Virus record (IMG/VR): IMGVR_UViG_3300027687_000008
Coordinates: 1-61,489 of that record
Source: a virus
Lineage: Duplodnaviria > Caudoviricetes
Length of the DNA stretch: 61,489 nucleotides
Reading direction: 5' to 3' (one strand)
Part shown: positions 20,182 through 29,502 of the stretch, piece after piece
Layout of the letters: each line of letters starts with the position of its first letter
Numbering within the stretch: position 1 is the first letter of the stretch
Position numbers and translations under genes: made by a program
Notes under the pieces: generated by a model
The model's database searches: none
Told to the model about the DNA's origin: nothing
What the model saw: only the letters and a program-made list of their open reading frames with translations

Positions 20182-21021
20182 ATGGCAACATACGCAAGTT
20201 ATAAAAAAGTAGCAAATGACAGCATAACAGACGCATCGATTACCTCAGCAGATATTGCTCATGGTAATGGTAACAACATGGGTGTGCAATGGATCTACAA
20301 CGAACGTGGCATGCAATGTCATCAGTGTGCTAGACAATCAGGTTGTTGTCAGCAAGCAAACGGTAGATGTTGTTACTGGTGTGTACCAGATGGTGCAAGT
20401 ACAGTAACATTTGAAGTTTGGTCAGGCGGAGGCGGTGGCCCAGGCCACACTTGTTGTAACTGTTGTTCATTTTCAATTGGTGGCGCAGGTGGCAATTACG
20501 GGTCTAAGACTGTTGCTACAGCTCCAGGATGTCAGTACAGTGTATGTGCTGGTGGCGCTTGGCCATGTGGTAAGTCACACACTTGTGGTGCAAGCATGGG
20601 TTGTAAAAGTTATGTAAACGGATATAACTTATCGAATTTTTGTACAGTAGGCGGCTGTGGTGGTTGGATGTGTAATGGAGACGCATGGGGTCCAAGACAC
20701 ACTCACTTTGGTTGTGAAAACTGTAATATATGCGGAATTTTTGGAGCAGATTTTGGAATGATGGGATCTACAGGATGGGAGCCAGGACATGGTTACTGTC
20801 ACTGTGTATATCAGTATTCAGGATCAGGACAACCTCCATTAATTGGAAAAATGACAGTATCAGTAACTAACGAAGCATGGTGTAACTGCGGTTGCCACAT
20901 TGAGTGGCCAGCAGGTGGCGGAATGCCAGGCGTTAGTTCATATTGTAATAACTGGGCTAAGTGCTGTGCAGGCGGATCTGGACAAGGCGGCTCAGGCGTT
21001 GTTCGAATAACATTCATGTAA
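20182..21021 (+). CDS. Cys/Gly-rich putative fibre-tip protein, paralogue 3
   Basis: Colinear with paralogues 1 and 2; GPGHTCCNCCSF identical to paralogue 1. Confidence 0.7.
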   Translation: MATYASYKKVANDSITDASITSADIAHGNGNNMGVQWIYNERGMQCHQCARQSGCCQQANGRCCYWCVPDGASTVTFEVWSGGGGGPGHTCCNCCSFSIGGAGGNYGSKTVATAPGCQYSVCAGGAWPCGKSHTCGASMGCKSYVNGYNLSNFCTVGGCGGWMCNGDAWGPRHTHFGCENCNICGIFGADFGMMGSTGWEPGHGYCHCVYQYSGSGQPPLIGKMTVSVTNEAWCNCGCHIEWPAGGGMPGVSSYCNNWAKCCAGGSGQGGSGVVRITFM

Positions 21022-21023
21022 AT

Positions 21024-21031
21024 GATAAATA
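21024..21031 (+). promoter_or_regulatory. Late promoter (GATAAATA)
   Basis: Before SD AGGAG and ATG 21051. Confidence 0.65.
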
Positions 21032-21050
21032 GTTTTAGGAGCTGAATAAC

Positions 21051-21839
21051 ATGAGAAAAATTGAAAAAACATTTACTTACCCAGTTTGGGACGAGTGGAG
21101 AATGAATAGCTTTACGCAAGGAAAAACTGGTACCTTTACTTATAAAGGTCCTGAATTCTTAACGTTTGAAGTGCAAAACGACCCAGCAAGTGTAGACTAC
21201 GGTAAAGAATCTGGTTGGTGTTTATGGACAAAAGCAGATTTAGAACGTCCACATGGTCTAGACATTATGAGAGTAACAGTTGATTGTAAAGAAAATCCTT
21301 TACTATGCGAAATTGGTAATGACGATGGTAAAGACGAACAAGTATTAATGAGACGCCAACGAGAGTGGAAAATTCTTTGGGACGCACCAGATGGATACAT
21401 GGACGTTGAATACACAGATGAATTAGAACCAAGAGATGTTTACGACGAATGGAATATTACTTACAACTTTGACACACAAGAGTTTGTATTAGGAGTTCAT
21501 GATTGGGAAGCAACAGGCACAAATAAAGCCTTAACTTGGCAAGACCTTAGAGATGTAAGAGATGCAGACTTACACGATACAGATGCTAAAGTTGGACAGA
21601 GTGATGCTCCAGAATCTATCCAGGATGGATGGAAAAACTTTAGACAGCAGTTAAGAGATCTACCGTCAGTAATGGAAGCAAGAGGATACGAGCCATGGCA
21701 AGCAGTTATGATGTGGCCAGTACAACCTAAAGATATGCGTGATCCAGATACTTCAAGTGATCCAGAAGATCCGTACAGAGATGGTGCATTTGCTATTGAC
21801 GTAGGAATTGCCGCTCAAAAGGTTGCAGGTAAAAAATAG
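21051..21839 (+). CDS. Tail fibre assembly chaperone-like protein
   Basis: C-terminal WQDLRDVRDADLHDTD...WKNFRQQLRDLP...WP matches the phage tail assembly chaperone pattern R..R...L..TD...W..YRQ.LRDLP. Confidence 0.7.
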   Translation: MRKIEKTFTYPVWDEWRMNSFTQGKTGTFTYKGPEFLTFEVQNDPASVDYGKESGWCLWTKADLERPHGLDIMRVTVDCKENPLLCEIGNDDGKDEQVLMRRQREWKILWDAPDGYMDVEYTDELEPRDVYDEWNITYNFDTQEFVLGVHDWEATGTNKALTWQDLRDVRDADLHDTDAKVGQSDAPESIQDGWKNFRQQLRDLPSVMEARGYEPWQAVMMWPVQPKDMRDPDTSSDPEDPYRDGAFAIDVGIAAQKVAGKK

Positions 21840-21864
21840 ATTTAGCATTATAAATTAATAAATT

Positions 21865-21887
21865 AAGGGCCACTAGGCCCTTTTTTT
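21865..21887 (+). terminator. Rho-independent terminator
   Basis: AAGGGCC-ACTA-GGCCCTT followed by a T-run. Confidence 0.8.
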
Positions 21888-21924
21888 ATGACTACCAGAT
21901 CAGCCTCCTGTAAACTGTCCTACC

Positions 21925-21932
21925 AATAAATA
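21925..21932 (+). promoter_or_regulatory. Late promoter (AATAAATA) heading the enzyme operon
   Basis: After the terminator, before SD AGGAG and TTG start 21956. Confidence 0.55.
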
Positions 21933-21955
21933 TTTGTACTATACAGGAGAAAACA

Positions 21956-23017
21956 TTGGAACGCAAAAAAGCATATTTTATCAACGGTGGAGCAGGCAGA
22001 GTTGTCGCAAGTATTCCAGCGTTTGAGAAACTCTACAAAACAGATCAAGACTTTATTATTGTTTGTGAAGGAGGAATGGACTTTTATAAAGGTCATCCGC
22101 AACTACATGAACTAGCATACGACAACTGGCATAAAAACTTGTTTAAAGATTATATTAAAGACAGAGATTGTTATTCACCAGAACCATACAGAGTTTGGGA
22201 ATACTATAATCAAAAGTGTAGTTTAGCACAAGCATTTGATATTGCAATTAATAACGAAGGCGTTAGAGATTTACCTGACCCAACAATACATATGAACAAG
22301 CATGAACTTGTACAAGGTTATAAAGTTGTTGAAGAAATTAAAGCAGTAACAGGTAAAGACAAAGTAGTAGTGTTTCAACCATTTGGTCGTACAGCCGAAA
22401 ACATGGGCGACTTTGTAATTGACGGTACAAGCAGAAGCTTTCATCTAAATGATGTTATACGTATTTGTAAAGATTTACGTGATGACTATGCTGTAATTAT
22501 AATGAGCGAATTTCCTGTAATTATTGAAGAAAATACTAAAGTTCCAGTAGCAGTTCCGCAGATTCCAGATGTAAGAGTATGGTCAAGTGTAATTCAAATT
22601 GCTGATCATTTTATTGGATGTGATAGTTTAGGACAACATATGGCAAAAGCATTAGGGACAACATGTACTAGTGTTATTGGAAGTACATATCCAATTAATA
22701 TTTCTTATCCTAATTCTCCTGACTTTGATATTATTGATCTAGGAGAAGGTAGACGTAAGTTTAGTCCTATTAGACTTACGATGGAAGATTCAATTGAAAG
22801 ATTTAATGACGAAGTTATGGAGTTAGATGATGAAAGTTTTAAGAAAATTATTACAAGTACTCGCAAGCGTTTGGGTAAGCCAAGAAGCTACACCGGAAAC
22901 CACGTTCCACAAGAACAGCAAGGGGAAGTCTGCCCGACTCATGGAGTAGTACATGCAGATGGTGCATCACATGGTAATAAACAACAAGCAAAAATATTAG
23001 GTCATACAGGTCAGTAA
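21956..23017 (+). CDS. GT-B glycosyltransferase, GT9/heptosyltransferase-like
   Basis: IQIADHFIGCDSLGQHMAKALGTTCTSVIGST matches the GT9 DSG..H.A.A.G.P....G.T signature; N-terminal GGAGRVVASIPA; TTG start with SD. Confidence 0.65.
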   Translation: MERKKAYFINGGAGRVVASIPAFEKLYKTDQDFIIVCEGGMDFYKGHPQLHELAYDNWHKNLFKDYIKDRDCYSPEPYRVWEYYNQKCSLAQAFDIAINNEGVRDLPDPTIHMNKHELVQGYKVVEEIKAVTGKDKVVVFQPFGRTAENMGDFVIDGTSRSFHLNDVIRICKDLRDDYAVIIMSEFPVIIEENTKVPVAVPQIPDVRVWSSVIQIADHFIGCDSLGQHMAKALGTTCTSVIGSTYPINISYPNSPDFDIIDLGEGRRKFSPIRLTMEDSIERFNDEVMELDDESFKKIITSTRKRLGKPRSYTGNHVPQEQQGEVCPTHGVVHADGASHGNKQQAKILGHTGQ

Positions 23018-23018
23018 A

Positions 23019-23621
23019 ATGAGTGGTCCTAACTTTCCTTCACCTGATAGTTTTTTAAGTGGTATTACCACTATGGTAGAGCCTGATGTACAGAAGCTAC
23101 AAGCACTTGATACATGGGTTGTAGATGACTTGTACTATCCTGGGTACAAAAAGTTCCTAAAGCTGTTTAACGAATCTAGTGAAAGACATGTTGATTATGG
23201 CAATGGAACATTGTATTACAAACGAGATATGAAATATCCTACAGATATTGATCCTATAAAAGAATACTTGTCCTTTATTAAGTTTCAATTACAAAATTTG
23301 CCTATTAGAATAAAAGACTTTCAAAAAGCATGGGGTGTAAAATATCCTCCAGGTGCATATAGCGGATTACACTGTCATCAACCAGGTAGACAACTTACTA
23401 GTGTATTATTTTTAGACACTCCAAAACCAAGTGTAGCATATCCGTTGGCAGGATGTTTAACTACACTTCAACCAGCAGACAGTGAAATTACTTACTTAAC
23501 GCATAATCCTATTGAAGGCAAAATGGTAATTATGGATGGTAAAGTATTTCATGGTTCTTACCCTGCATTAGAAGATAGACATGTATTTGTTGTAGACTTT
23601 GAATATGAAAGTGTAATATAA
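23019..23621 (+). CDS. 2OG-Fe(II) oxygenase-like protein
   Basis: SGLHCH...FHGSYP...RHVFVVDF double-stranded beta-helix metal motif. Confidence 0.65.
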   Translation: MSGPNFPSPDSFLSGITTMVEPDVQKLQALDTWVVDDLYYPGYKKFLKLFNESSERHVDYGNGTLYYKRDMKYPTDIDPIKEYLSFIKFQLQNLPIRIKDFQKAWGVKYPPGAYSGLHCHQPGRQLTSVLFLDTPKPSVAYPLAGCLTTLQPADSEITYLTHNPIEGKMVIMDGKVFHGSYPALEDRHVFVVDFEYESVI

Positions 23622-24226
23622 TGGATATAGAAACTTTAGATACTGCATATCAAGGCGATAAAGACTTTTTTTGGTTATGTTATAATGGCCGAATACCTGA
23701 TTATTGGATTAGTAAAGACAAGTATGCAGACTATAATAAATTTTTAGACCTATTTGATAATCCACCAAAGTCGCATGTAGATTACGGTGGTGCAATTATA
23801 CAATATAACGATGATGACTTTTCATATCCGTATAATGTAGACCAACAAGGTATATACTTAGAATGGATTAAAACATCTATAGAAAAGTTTCAATTTAAAA
23901 ACGTAAAATTTAAGAAGTGTTGGTGGCTAACATATCCTGAGAATGCATTTTCGGGATTACACACACATGAAGATAGAGGCCAACGTATAATGACTTGTGT
24001 TATGTTTTTAAACACAATATCAGTGAGTACATTAACACCGTTAAATGGCAAATTAAAAGCAATTACTATGAATCCTGTAACAGGTGAACTAGTTAGTGAT
24101 ATGATAAAATGCATAGCAGGCGATGTAGTAGTAATGGATGGTAAAGTTTATCACGGAGTATACCCTACATTAGAAGAAAGAAAAGTATTTGTAGTTGATT
24201 TTACTTATGATGTAGAACTTAACTAA
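23621..24226 (+). CDS. 2OG-Fe(II) oxygenase-like protein, tandem paralogue of the previous gene
   Basis: SGLHTH...YHGVYP...RKVFVVDF; shared KFL.LF...HVDYG. Confidence 0.65.
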   Translation: MDIETLDTAYQGDKDFFWLCYNGRIPDYWISKDKYADYNKFLDLFDNPPKSHVDYGGAIIQYNDDDFSYPYNVDQQGIYLEWIKTSIEKFQFKNVKFKKCWWLTYPENAFSGLHTHEDRGQRIMTCVMFLNTISVSTLTPLNGKLKAITMNPVTGELVSDMIKCIAGDVVVMDGKVYHGVYPTLEERKVFVVDFTYDVELN

Positions 24227-24305
24227 TGTTAAAGTTCACATCTTATCAGCAATCAGTGGGATTGCAACTACATACAGTATATAAAGAAATATAAAAGGAA
24301 AACAT

Positions 24306-26135
24306 ATGACACAGTGGATTGGAGCGATTACAAGAGGACACAACGGCGGCGCCGTATTATTAAAAGATGGCGAAATTGTATTTTCAATTGAAGAAGAACG
24401 TTTAACTCGTAAAAAATACGATGGTGGACCTCTTGCCGCAATGATTAAATTCCTTGAGTACACAGACAAATTAGACTATCTTGTAGTAGCACACACACAA
24501 CCGTTAGCAGAGTCAAGCAGAATTGACTTTAGTGGCGGCGATATGTATACTGGGTTAGCAAGAAAGTTAGGATTAATTGATAGACATGACAATGCTTATA
24601 CAGCAGACGGTCAACATAACCATAGACAAGTTATTGATTTAAGCCACATACACCATAAACTACATGCGGCATGTGCATTTTATCGTTCAGGGTTTGAATC
24701 AGCAGTAAGTGTTATTGTTGACGGAGCAGGAACATTTATTCCTATGAACATTAATATGGGTGTGTTTAATGAAGAATATATGTCATGGGAATGTGAAAGT
24801 ATTTTTAATTGTGCATATCCTGATAACTTTAAAACTTTATATAAGCACCAAGGCGGGAATGGACCGTTTCCAGGAACACGTATTCCGTATATTCCATCAG
24901 ATCGCGAAGGCGAAGAAGGATTCCATGAACTTATATTAGATGATAGTGCAGGTATTGTTAAAGCATACGAAGCAGTAACACAATATTGTGGATTTCAACC
25001 TATTGAAGCTGGTAAAACAATGGGGCTTGCTCCGTATGGTAAGAAAAACTTAAATATTCCTCCAATTTATTCAGACGCTAATGGTAGTAAATGGCGTACA
25101 AGTGATAGAAATGTTATTATTCCAACATATCCAAATGCGGCATTAGTTAATGAAGCAAAATATGAATACTTAGAAACATCACAAGACATAGTTGACAGTA
25201 ATACTGACCTAACTACACAAGAAAACCGTAGAGACTTAGCATATGCAGTACAAGAAGGATCACAACAAGAAGTTTTAAACCTTATCTTTAAAGCAGTTGA
25301 AATGTCAGGTAATAAAAATGTAGTACTAAGTGGCGGCTATGCACTTAACTGTGTTGCAAACTATTGGTATCTTGATAAACTAAACAAAGAAAATATTAAG
25401 TTATATGTTGAACCTGTTAGTAATGATGCAGGTACTGCAATGGGTGCGGCTATGTTAGTGTACCATCAAACTACAAAAGACAAAACTGTACGACACTATG
25501 CAGAAACAATTTATGAAGGATTTGAGTATACATACACCGATGCCCAAATTGAAGAAACTGCAAACAAATATGGTGCTTCTATTGTTGATTCTGACAACGA
25601 AAAAGTTGTAGAACTTATTAGAAACAAAAACATTGTAACATTATTCCAAGGTAAGAGTGAAAACGGCCCTCGTGCATTAGGTAATAGAAGTATATTGTTT
25701 GATCCAACATTTGAAGATGGCAAAGATTACGTAAACAACGTAAAACGTAGAGAATACTTTAGACCTTTTGCAGGAAGTATCATGTTAGAACATGCACATG
25801 AATGGTTTGATATGCGTGGGTTAGAACAAACTCCGCATATGATGTATGCAATGGATTGTCAAGAAGGTATTGCAGAAAAGATTCCAAGCATTATTCACGT
25901 TGATGGTACTTGTAGAATTCAAACTGTAACTAAAGAACAGAACAAACACTACTATGAACTTATTGAAGAGTTTTATAAAAAAACTGGCATTCCAATTATT
26001 TTTAATACTAGTTTTAACTTAGGCGGCGAACCACTTGTTGAAACTTTGGATGATGCTGTACGTACACTATATCTCAGTGAAATGGAATATTGTTACTTAC
26101 CTGAGTACGGCAAACTAATTGAAATGAAAAACTAA
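24306..26135 (+). CDS. O-carbamoyltransferase (NodU/CmcH/TobZ family)
   Basis: EEERLTRKK, HHKLHAACAFY, DGAG, GKTMGLAPYG, SGGYALNCVAN, GPRALGNRS, RPFA, HVDGTCRIQTV, NTSFN motifs. Confidence 0.92.
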   Translation: MTQWIGAITRGHNGGAVLLKDGEIVFSIEEERLTRKKYDGGPLAAMIKFLEYTDKLDYLVVAHTQPLAESSRIDFSGGDMYTGLARKLGLIDRHDNAYTADGQHNHRQVIDLSHIHHKLHAACAFYRSGFESAVSVIVDGAGTFIPMNINMGVFNEEYMSWECESIFNCAYPDNFKTLYKHQGGNGPFPGTRIPYIPSDREGEEGFHELILDDSAGIVKAYEAVTQYCGFQPIEAGKTMGLAPYGKKNLNIPPIYSDANGSKWRTSDRNVIIPTYPNAALVNEAKYEYLETSQDIVDSNTDLTTQENRRDLAYAVQEGSQQEVLNLIFKAVEMSGNKNVVLSGGYALNCVANYWYLDKLNKENIKLYVEPVSNDAGTAMGAAMLVYHQTTKDKTVRHYAETIYEGFEYTYTDAQIEETANKYGASIVDSDNEKVVELIRNKNIVTLFQGKSENGPRALGNRSILFDPTFEDGKDYVNNVKRREYFRPFAGSIMLEHAHEWFDMRGLEQTPHMMYAMDCQEGIAEKIPSIIHVDGTCRIQTVTKEQNKHYYELIEEFYKKTGIPIIFNTSFNLGGEPLVETLDDAVRTLYLSEMEYCYLPEYGKLIEMKN

Positions 26136-26734
26136 TGCTAGTAAACTTATATTCAATTCCAGTATATAAGATTAAATTACCGGAGCATGAGCAAGTACAA
26201 CAAGACTTTGCTGACATACTTGATAAAGAAGAGTATTTTAGTAGAGTCCCTTCTTGGTATAGTCCTGTAGACACTACTTATGGTAACCCTGAGGCTTCAA
26301 ACTTACCATTTAAAACTTTTATTAGATCAGCAATTACAGGGTTAAACGAATATCTTGAAAATTTTAATATAGACTTAACATTAGACTATAGGATTGAGTG
26401 TTGGCTTAACAAATACAAACCTGGGTCTTACCAAGAAGTACATAATCATGTAGGCGTAGCACAGATTAGTTGTGCATATATGATGCATACTCCTAAAGAC
26501 AGTGGTAACTTTGTATTCTACAACAAAGCATATGATTTTTTACATCAGTCAGGTCTTCCATCATTAACTACACAACCATTCAGATACAATAACAGAGTAA
26601 CACCTCCTTTAGAAGAAGGTGATATTGTATTTTTTCCTAGTAACTTAGAGCATTACGTATCTAATAATACTAGCGACCAATTAAGGTCAACAATTAGTGC
26701 AAATTTTGTGCTATCGGAGAAACAAGATGATTAA
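26135..26734 (+). CDS. 2OG-Fe(II) oxygenase (TIGR02466-like)
   Basis: WLNKY...QEVHNH...SCAY...EGDIVFFPSNLEHYV...RSTISAN. Confidence 0.8.
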   Translation: MLVNLYSIPVYKIKLPEHEQVQQDFADILDKEEYFSRVPSWYSPVDTTYGNPEASNLPFKTFIRSAITGLNEYLENFNIDLTLDYRIECWLNKYKPGSYQEVHNHVGVAQISCAYMMHTPKDSGNFVFYNKAYDFLHQSGLPSLTTQPFRYNNRVTPPLEEGDIVFFPSNLEHYVSNNTSDQLRSTISANFVLSEKQDD

Positions 26735-27446
26735 AAATACAATTAACGAAGAAGAAGCATTTGCTATCAACGAAAATTTAGATACAAGAGTATATAAGTT
26801 TGGAAAAGCTGGCGTACGAGTATTAGTAGTTGATAATTTTTACCAAAATCCTTATCTAGTAAGACAACTTGCATTAGATATTCCAGCATCTGTTAATAGA
26901 CGAATTAGAGGCGGCAATCCTGCACTACGTATTAATGCATTTTATGAATTATCTGGTATGGCACCTATATATAATAGCCTAGCTAAAGAGTTTTTTCCTG
27001 AAGTGATGCTAAATTGGCCGCATGATTACATGCAAAAAAGTTTTATGAACGCAACGTTTATGATTAATGTTATGCAATCTGAAGACTTGCCACCACTTGC
27101 TCCACACCAAGATAATCGTTCAGGCATGAATCTTGCTAGTACAATTTATCTAAACGACGAAAATGAATCTGCTGGAGGCACAAGTTTTTATGAATTTGGC
27201 GGTAAACATTTTTACACAGATGATGTAGTAAACAATGACTTTAATGTTACTATGGATGTTGAAGGTAAAATTCCAGTAACTAGCTATATTACCGATAGCT
27301 CACATGATTGGGAAATGATTGGAATGATTCCAATGTCGTTTAATAGAATGATATTATATAATCAAGCAGTTTTACATACTGCATATGTTAAACCAGGTAC
27401 GTTTGTAAATAATAACTACAGAATGAATCAGCAGTTTTTTATATAG
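26727..27446 (+). CDS. 2OG-Fe(II) oxygenase-like protein (DUF6445-like)
   Basis: VLVVDNFYQNP, PHQD, IYLN..GGTSFY, FNRMILY..LHTA, RMNQQFF; start moved to ATG 26727 (SD GGAG). Confidence 0.7.
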   Translation: MIKNTINEEEAFAINENLDTRVYKFGKAGVRVLVVDNFYQNPYLVRQLALDIPASVNRRIRGGNPALRINAFYELSGMAPIYNSLAKEFFPEVMLNWPHDYMQKSFMNATFMINVMQSEDLPPLAPHQDNRSGMNLASTIYLNDENESAGGTSFYEFGGKHFYTDDVVNNDFNVTMDVEGKIPVTSYITDSSHDWEMIGMIPMSFNRMILYNQAVLHTAYVKPGTFVNNNYRMNQQFFI

Positions 27447-27455
27447 GAGACTAAT

Positions 27456-28037
27456 ATGGATGATAATTTTGACGGAGTTGAAGTATACGACAACGTATAC
27501 CCAATTGATTATTGTAAACAAATAATTAAAAGGTTTGAAGAGCTATCTTCAATGCAAATGACAGCAATACAACAGCAAGGTATTGACCGTAATCAAGACG
27601 AACGCATATATATGGACTGGGCTAATCATAATAGTCATTATCATGCAGATGAAGACTTATGTAAATTCTTTTTTGAAACTCTTAATAAAACTTATTTAGA
27701 AAAGTATAAAACAAAATACGAAAGCCTTGGATTACTATTCCAGCATACAGCAAAGGGCATGAGTGTTCAAAAAACAAAACCACATCAGGGATATCATGCA
27801 TGGCACTGTGAAAATGCAGATGTACCAACAAGTACTCGAGTGTTAGCATATACATTGTACTTAAATGGAGTTGAAGAAGGCGGTGAAACAGAGTTCTTAT
27901 ACCAAGGACACAAGATTAAACCAGCTCCAGGCAGACTAGCTATCTTTCCTACATCGTTTACACATCCACATCGGGGTAATCCTATCTACAAAGGTGTTAA
28001 GTACATTATAAGCGGATGGTATACTTTAGACCACTAG
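27456..28037 (+). CDS. 2OG-Fe(II) oxygenase (prolyl-hydroxylase-like)
   Basis: GYHAWHCE...YLNGVEEGGETEF...FP..FTHPHRG...KYIISGW. Confidence 0.85.
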   Translation: MDDNFDGVEVYDNVYPIDYCKQIIKRFEELSSMQMTAIQQQGIDRNQDERIYMDWANHNSHYHADEDLCKFFFETLNKTYLEKYKTKYESLGLLFQHTAKGMSVQKTKPHQGYHAWHCENADVPTSTRVLAYTLYLNGVEEGGETEFLYQGHKIKPAPGRLAIFPTSFTHPHRGNPIYKGVKYIISGWYTLDH

Positions 28038-28044
28038 GAATAAA

Positions 28045-29502
28045 ATGAAAATAGCAGTAGTAGGTGGCGGCACAGCAGGCTTTGTGTCAGCATTAATTTT
28101 AAAAACAAGTTTCCCAAACTTCCAAATTGACGTAATACGTTCTAGTAAGATTGGAACTATTGGTGTTGGTGAAGGATCTACCGAACATTGGTCTACATTT
28201 ATGGATTTTGTTGGCATTCAAACAGGCCACCTTATTAACGAATGTGATGCTAGTTTTAAATCTGGTATTATGTTTGAAGACTGGAGTGAAACTCCGTACT
28301 TACAAAGTGTCCATGAGCCTTATGTTTCTGAACAACTAGGAGCGCCAATTGCATATGCTAAACTAATTGGCGAAAAAGTAAGTGCAAGAGAACTTACCGG
28401 CGAATACCTTTGGAATAACGAAACACCATTTAACAAGTTTATGGATGAACGCCCAAATGACACTGGTGTAGCACAATATCATTTTAATACTGCTAAATTA
28501 AATGACTTTCTAACAAACTTTGCAATAGACAAAGGCATCAATGTTATCGACGATGAAATTATCAATGTAAGTGTATCAGAAAACAACAATGTGTCAACTA
28601 TACAAGGTGAAAAACAAGTATATGAATACGACTTCTATATAGACTGTACAGGATTTAGTCGTTTACTAATTAACGCAGTAGGTGCCGAATGGCAAAGTTA
28701 TAGTAAGTATCTTAAAATGAAAGAAGCTATTGTATTTCCTACAGCTGAAGAGGATCAAATTCCAATTTGGACATTAGCAAAAGCAATGGACGCTGGTTGG
28801 ATGTTTCGTATTCCTGTTCAAGGACGTACAGGCAATGGTTATATTTTTGATAGCGATTTTATTACAGCTGAACAAGCACATACTGAAGTTGAAAAATACT
28901 TAGGTTACGGAGTCGAAGTAGCAAAGCATATTAAATTTGATCCAGGTACATTAGACAAGGCTTGGATAGGTAACGTATGTGCAATTGGATTAAGTCAAAG
29001 TTTTGTAGAGCCTTTAGAAGCTAGTAGCATTGGTAGTAGTATTAATCAAACATTTTTATTAGCACAACGTCTTATAAATTATAATAAAGAAACAACTAAC
29101 AGATATAATCTTGAAGTTACTGCTATTATGGATAACATTAGAGATTTTATTGCCTTACACTACATTACTAAAAGAAGAGATACACCGTTTTGGAAAGCAG
29201 TATCAGAAACACCAATTCCAGACAGTTTAGATCAAAATTTACGCATGTGGAAAGTAAGAATGCCTATTGCTGACGATTTGACCACGCATACCAAAAAAGT
29301 TTTGTTTAACGAATATAACTATACACTAGTAATGCACGGGTTAGAATTATTTGACACTGATAGTATTTTAAAACAGTACGAATCAATTCCACAAGGTGCA
29401 AAAGATCATGTTGAACAGTCAATACAGCACAAATTAGAATTTGATAAAACAAAAACTATTCCTCACAAATTAATGCTTCAGTTATTACGGAGACTGGTGT
29501 GA
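28045..29502 (+). CDS. Flavin-dependent (tryptophan halogenase family) halogenase 1
   Basis: GGGTAG, IGVGEGS, catalytic Lys region ASFKSGIMF, IDCTGF, GWMFRIP, FVEPLEASSI. Confidence 0.85.
   Translation: MKIAVVGGGTAGFVSALILKTSFPNFQIDVIRSSKIGTIGVGEGSTEHWSTFMDFVGIQTGHLINECDASFKSGIMFEDWSETPYLQSVHEPYVSEQLGAPIAYAKLIGEKVSARELTGEYLWNNETPFNKFMDERPNDTGVAQYHFNTAKLNDFLTNFAIDKGINVIDDEIINVSVSENNNVSTIQGEKQVYEYDFYIDCTGFSRLLINAVGAEWQSYSKYLKMKEAIVFPTAEEDQIPIWTLAKAMDAGWMFRIPVQGRTGNGYIFDSDFITAEQAHTEVEKYLGYGVEVAKHIKFDPGTLDKAWIGNVCAIGLSQSFVEPLEASSIGSSINQTFLLAQRLINYNKETTNRYNLEVTAIMDNIRDFIALHYITKRRDTPFWKAVSETPIPDSLDQNLRMWKVRMPIADDLTTHTKKVLFNEYNYTLVMHGLELFDTDSILKQYESIPQGAKDHVEQSIQHKLEFDKTKTIPHKLMLQLLRRLV

Noticed and set aside
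18481-21021. Diversity-generating retroelement or invertible shufflon acting on the Cys-rich trio
   Set aside because: No reverse transcriptase or recombinase in the window; differences between copies are not adenine-specific and no inverted crossover sites were seen
18481-21021. Multiheme cytochrome or classical RiPP precursors
   Set aside because: No repeated CxxCH motifs or signal peptides; proteins are ~280 aa with a fibre-type Gly-rich scaffold and an adjacent fibre chaperone
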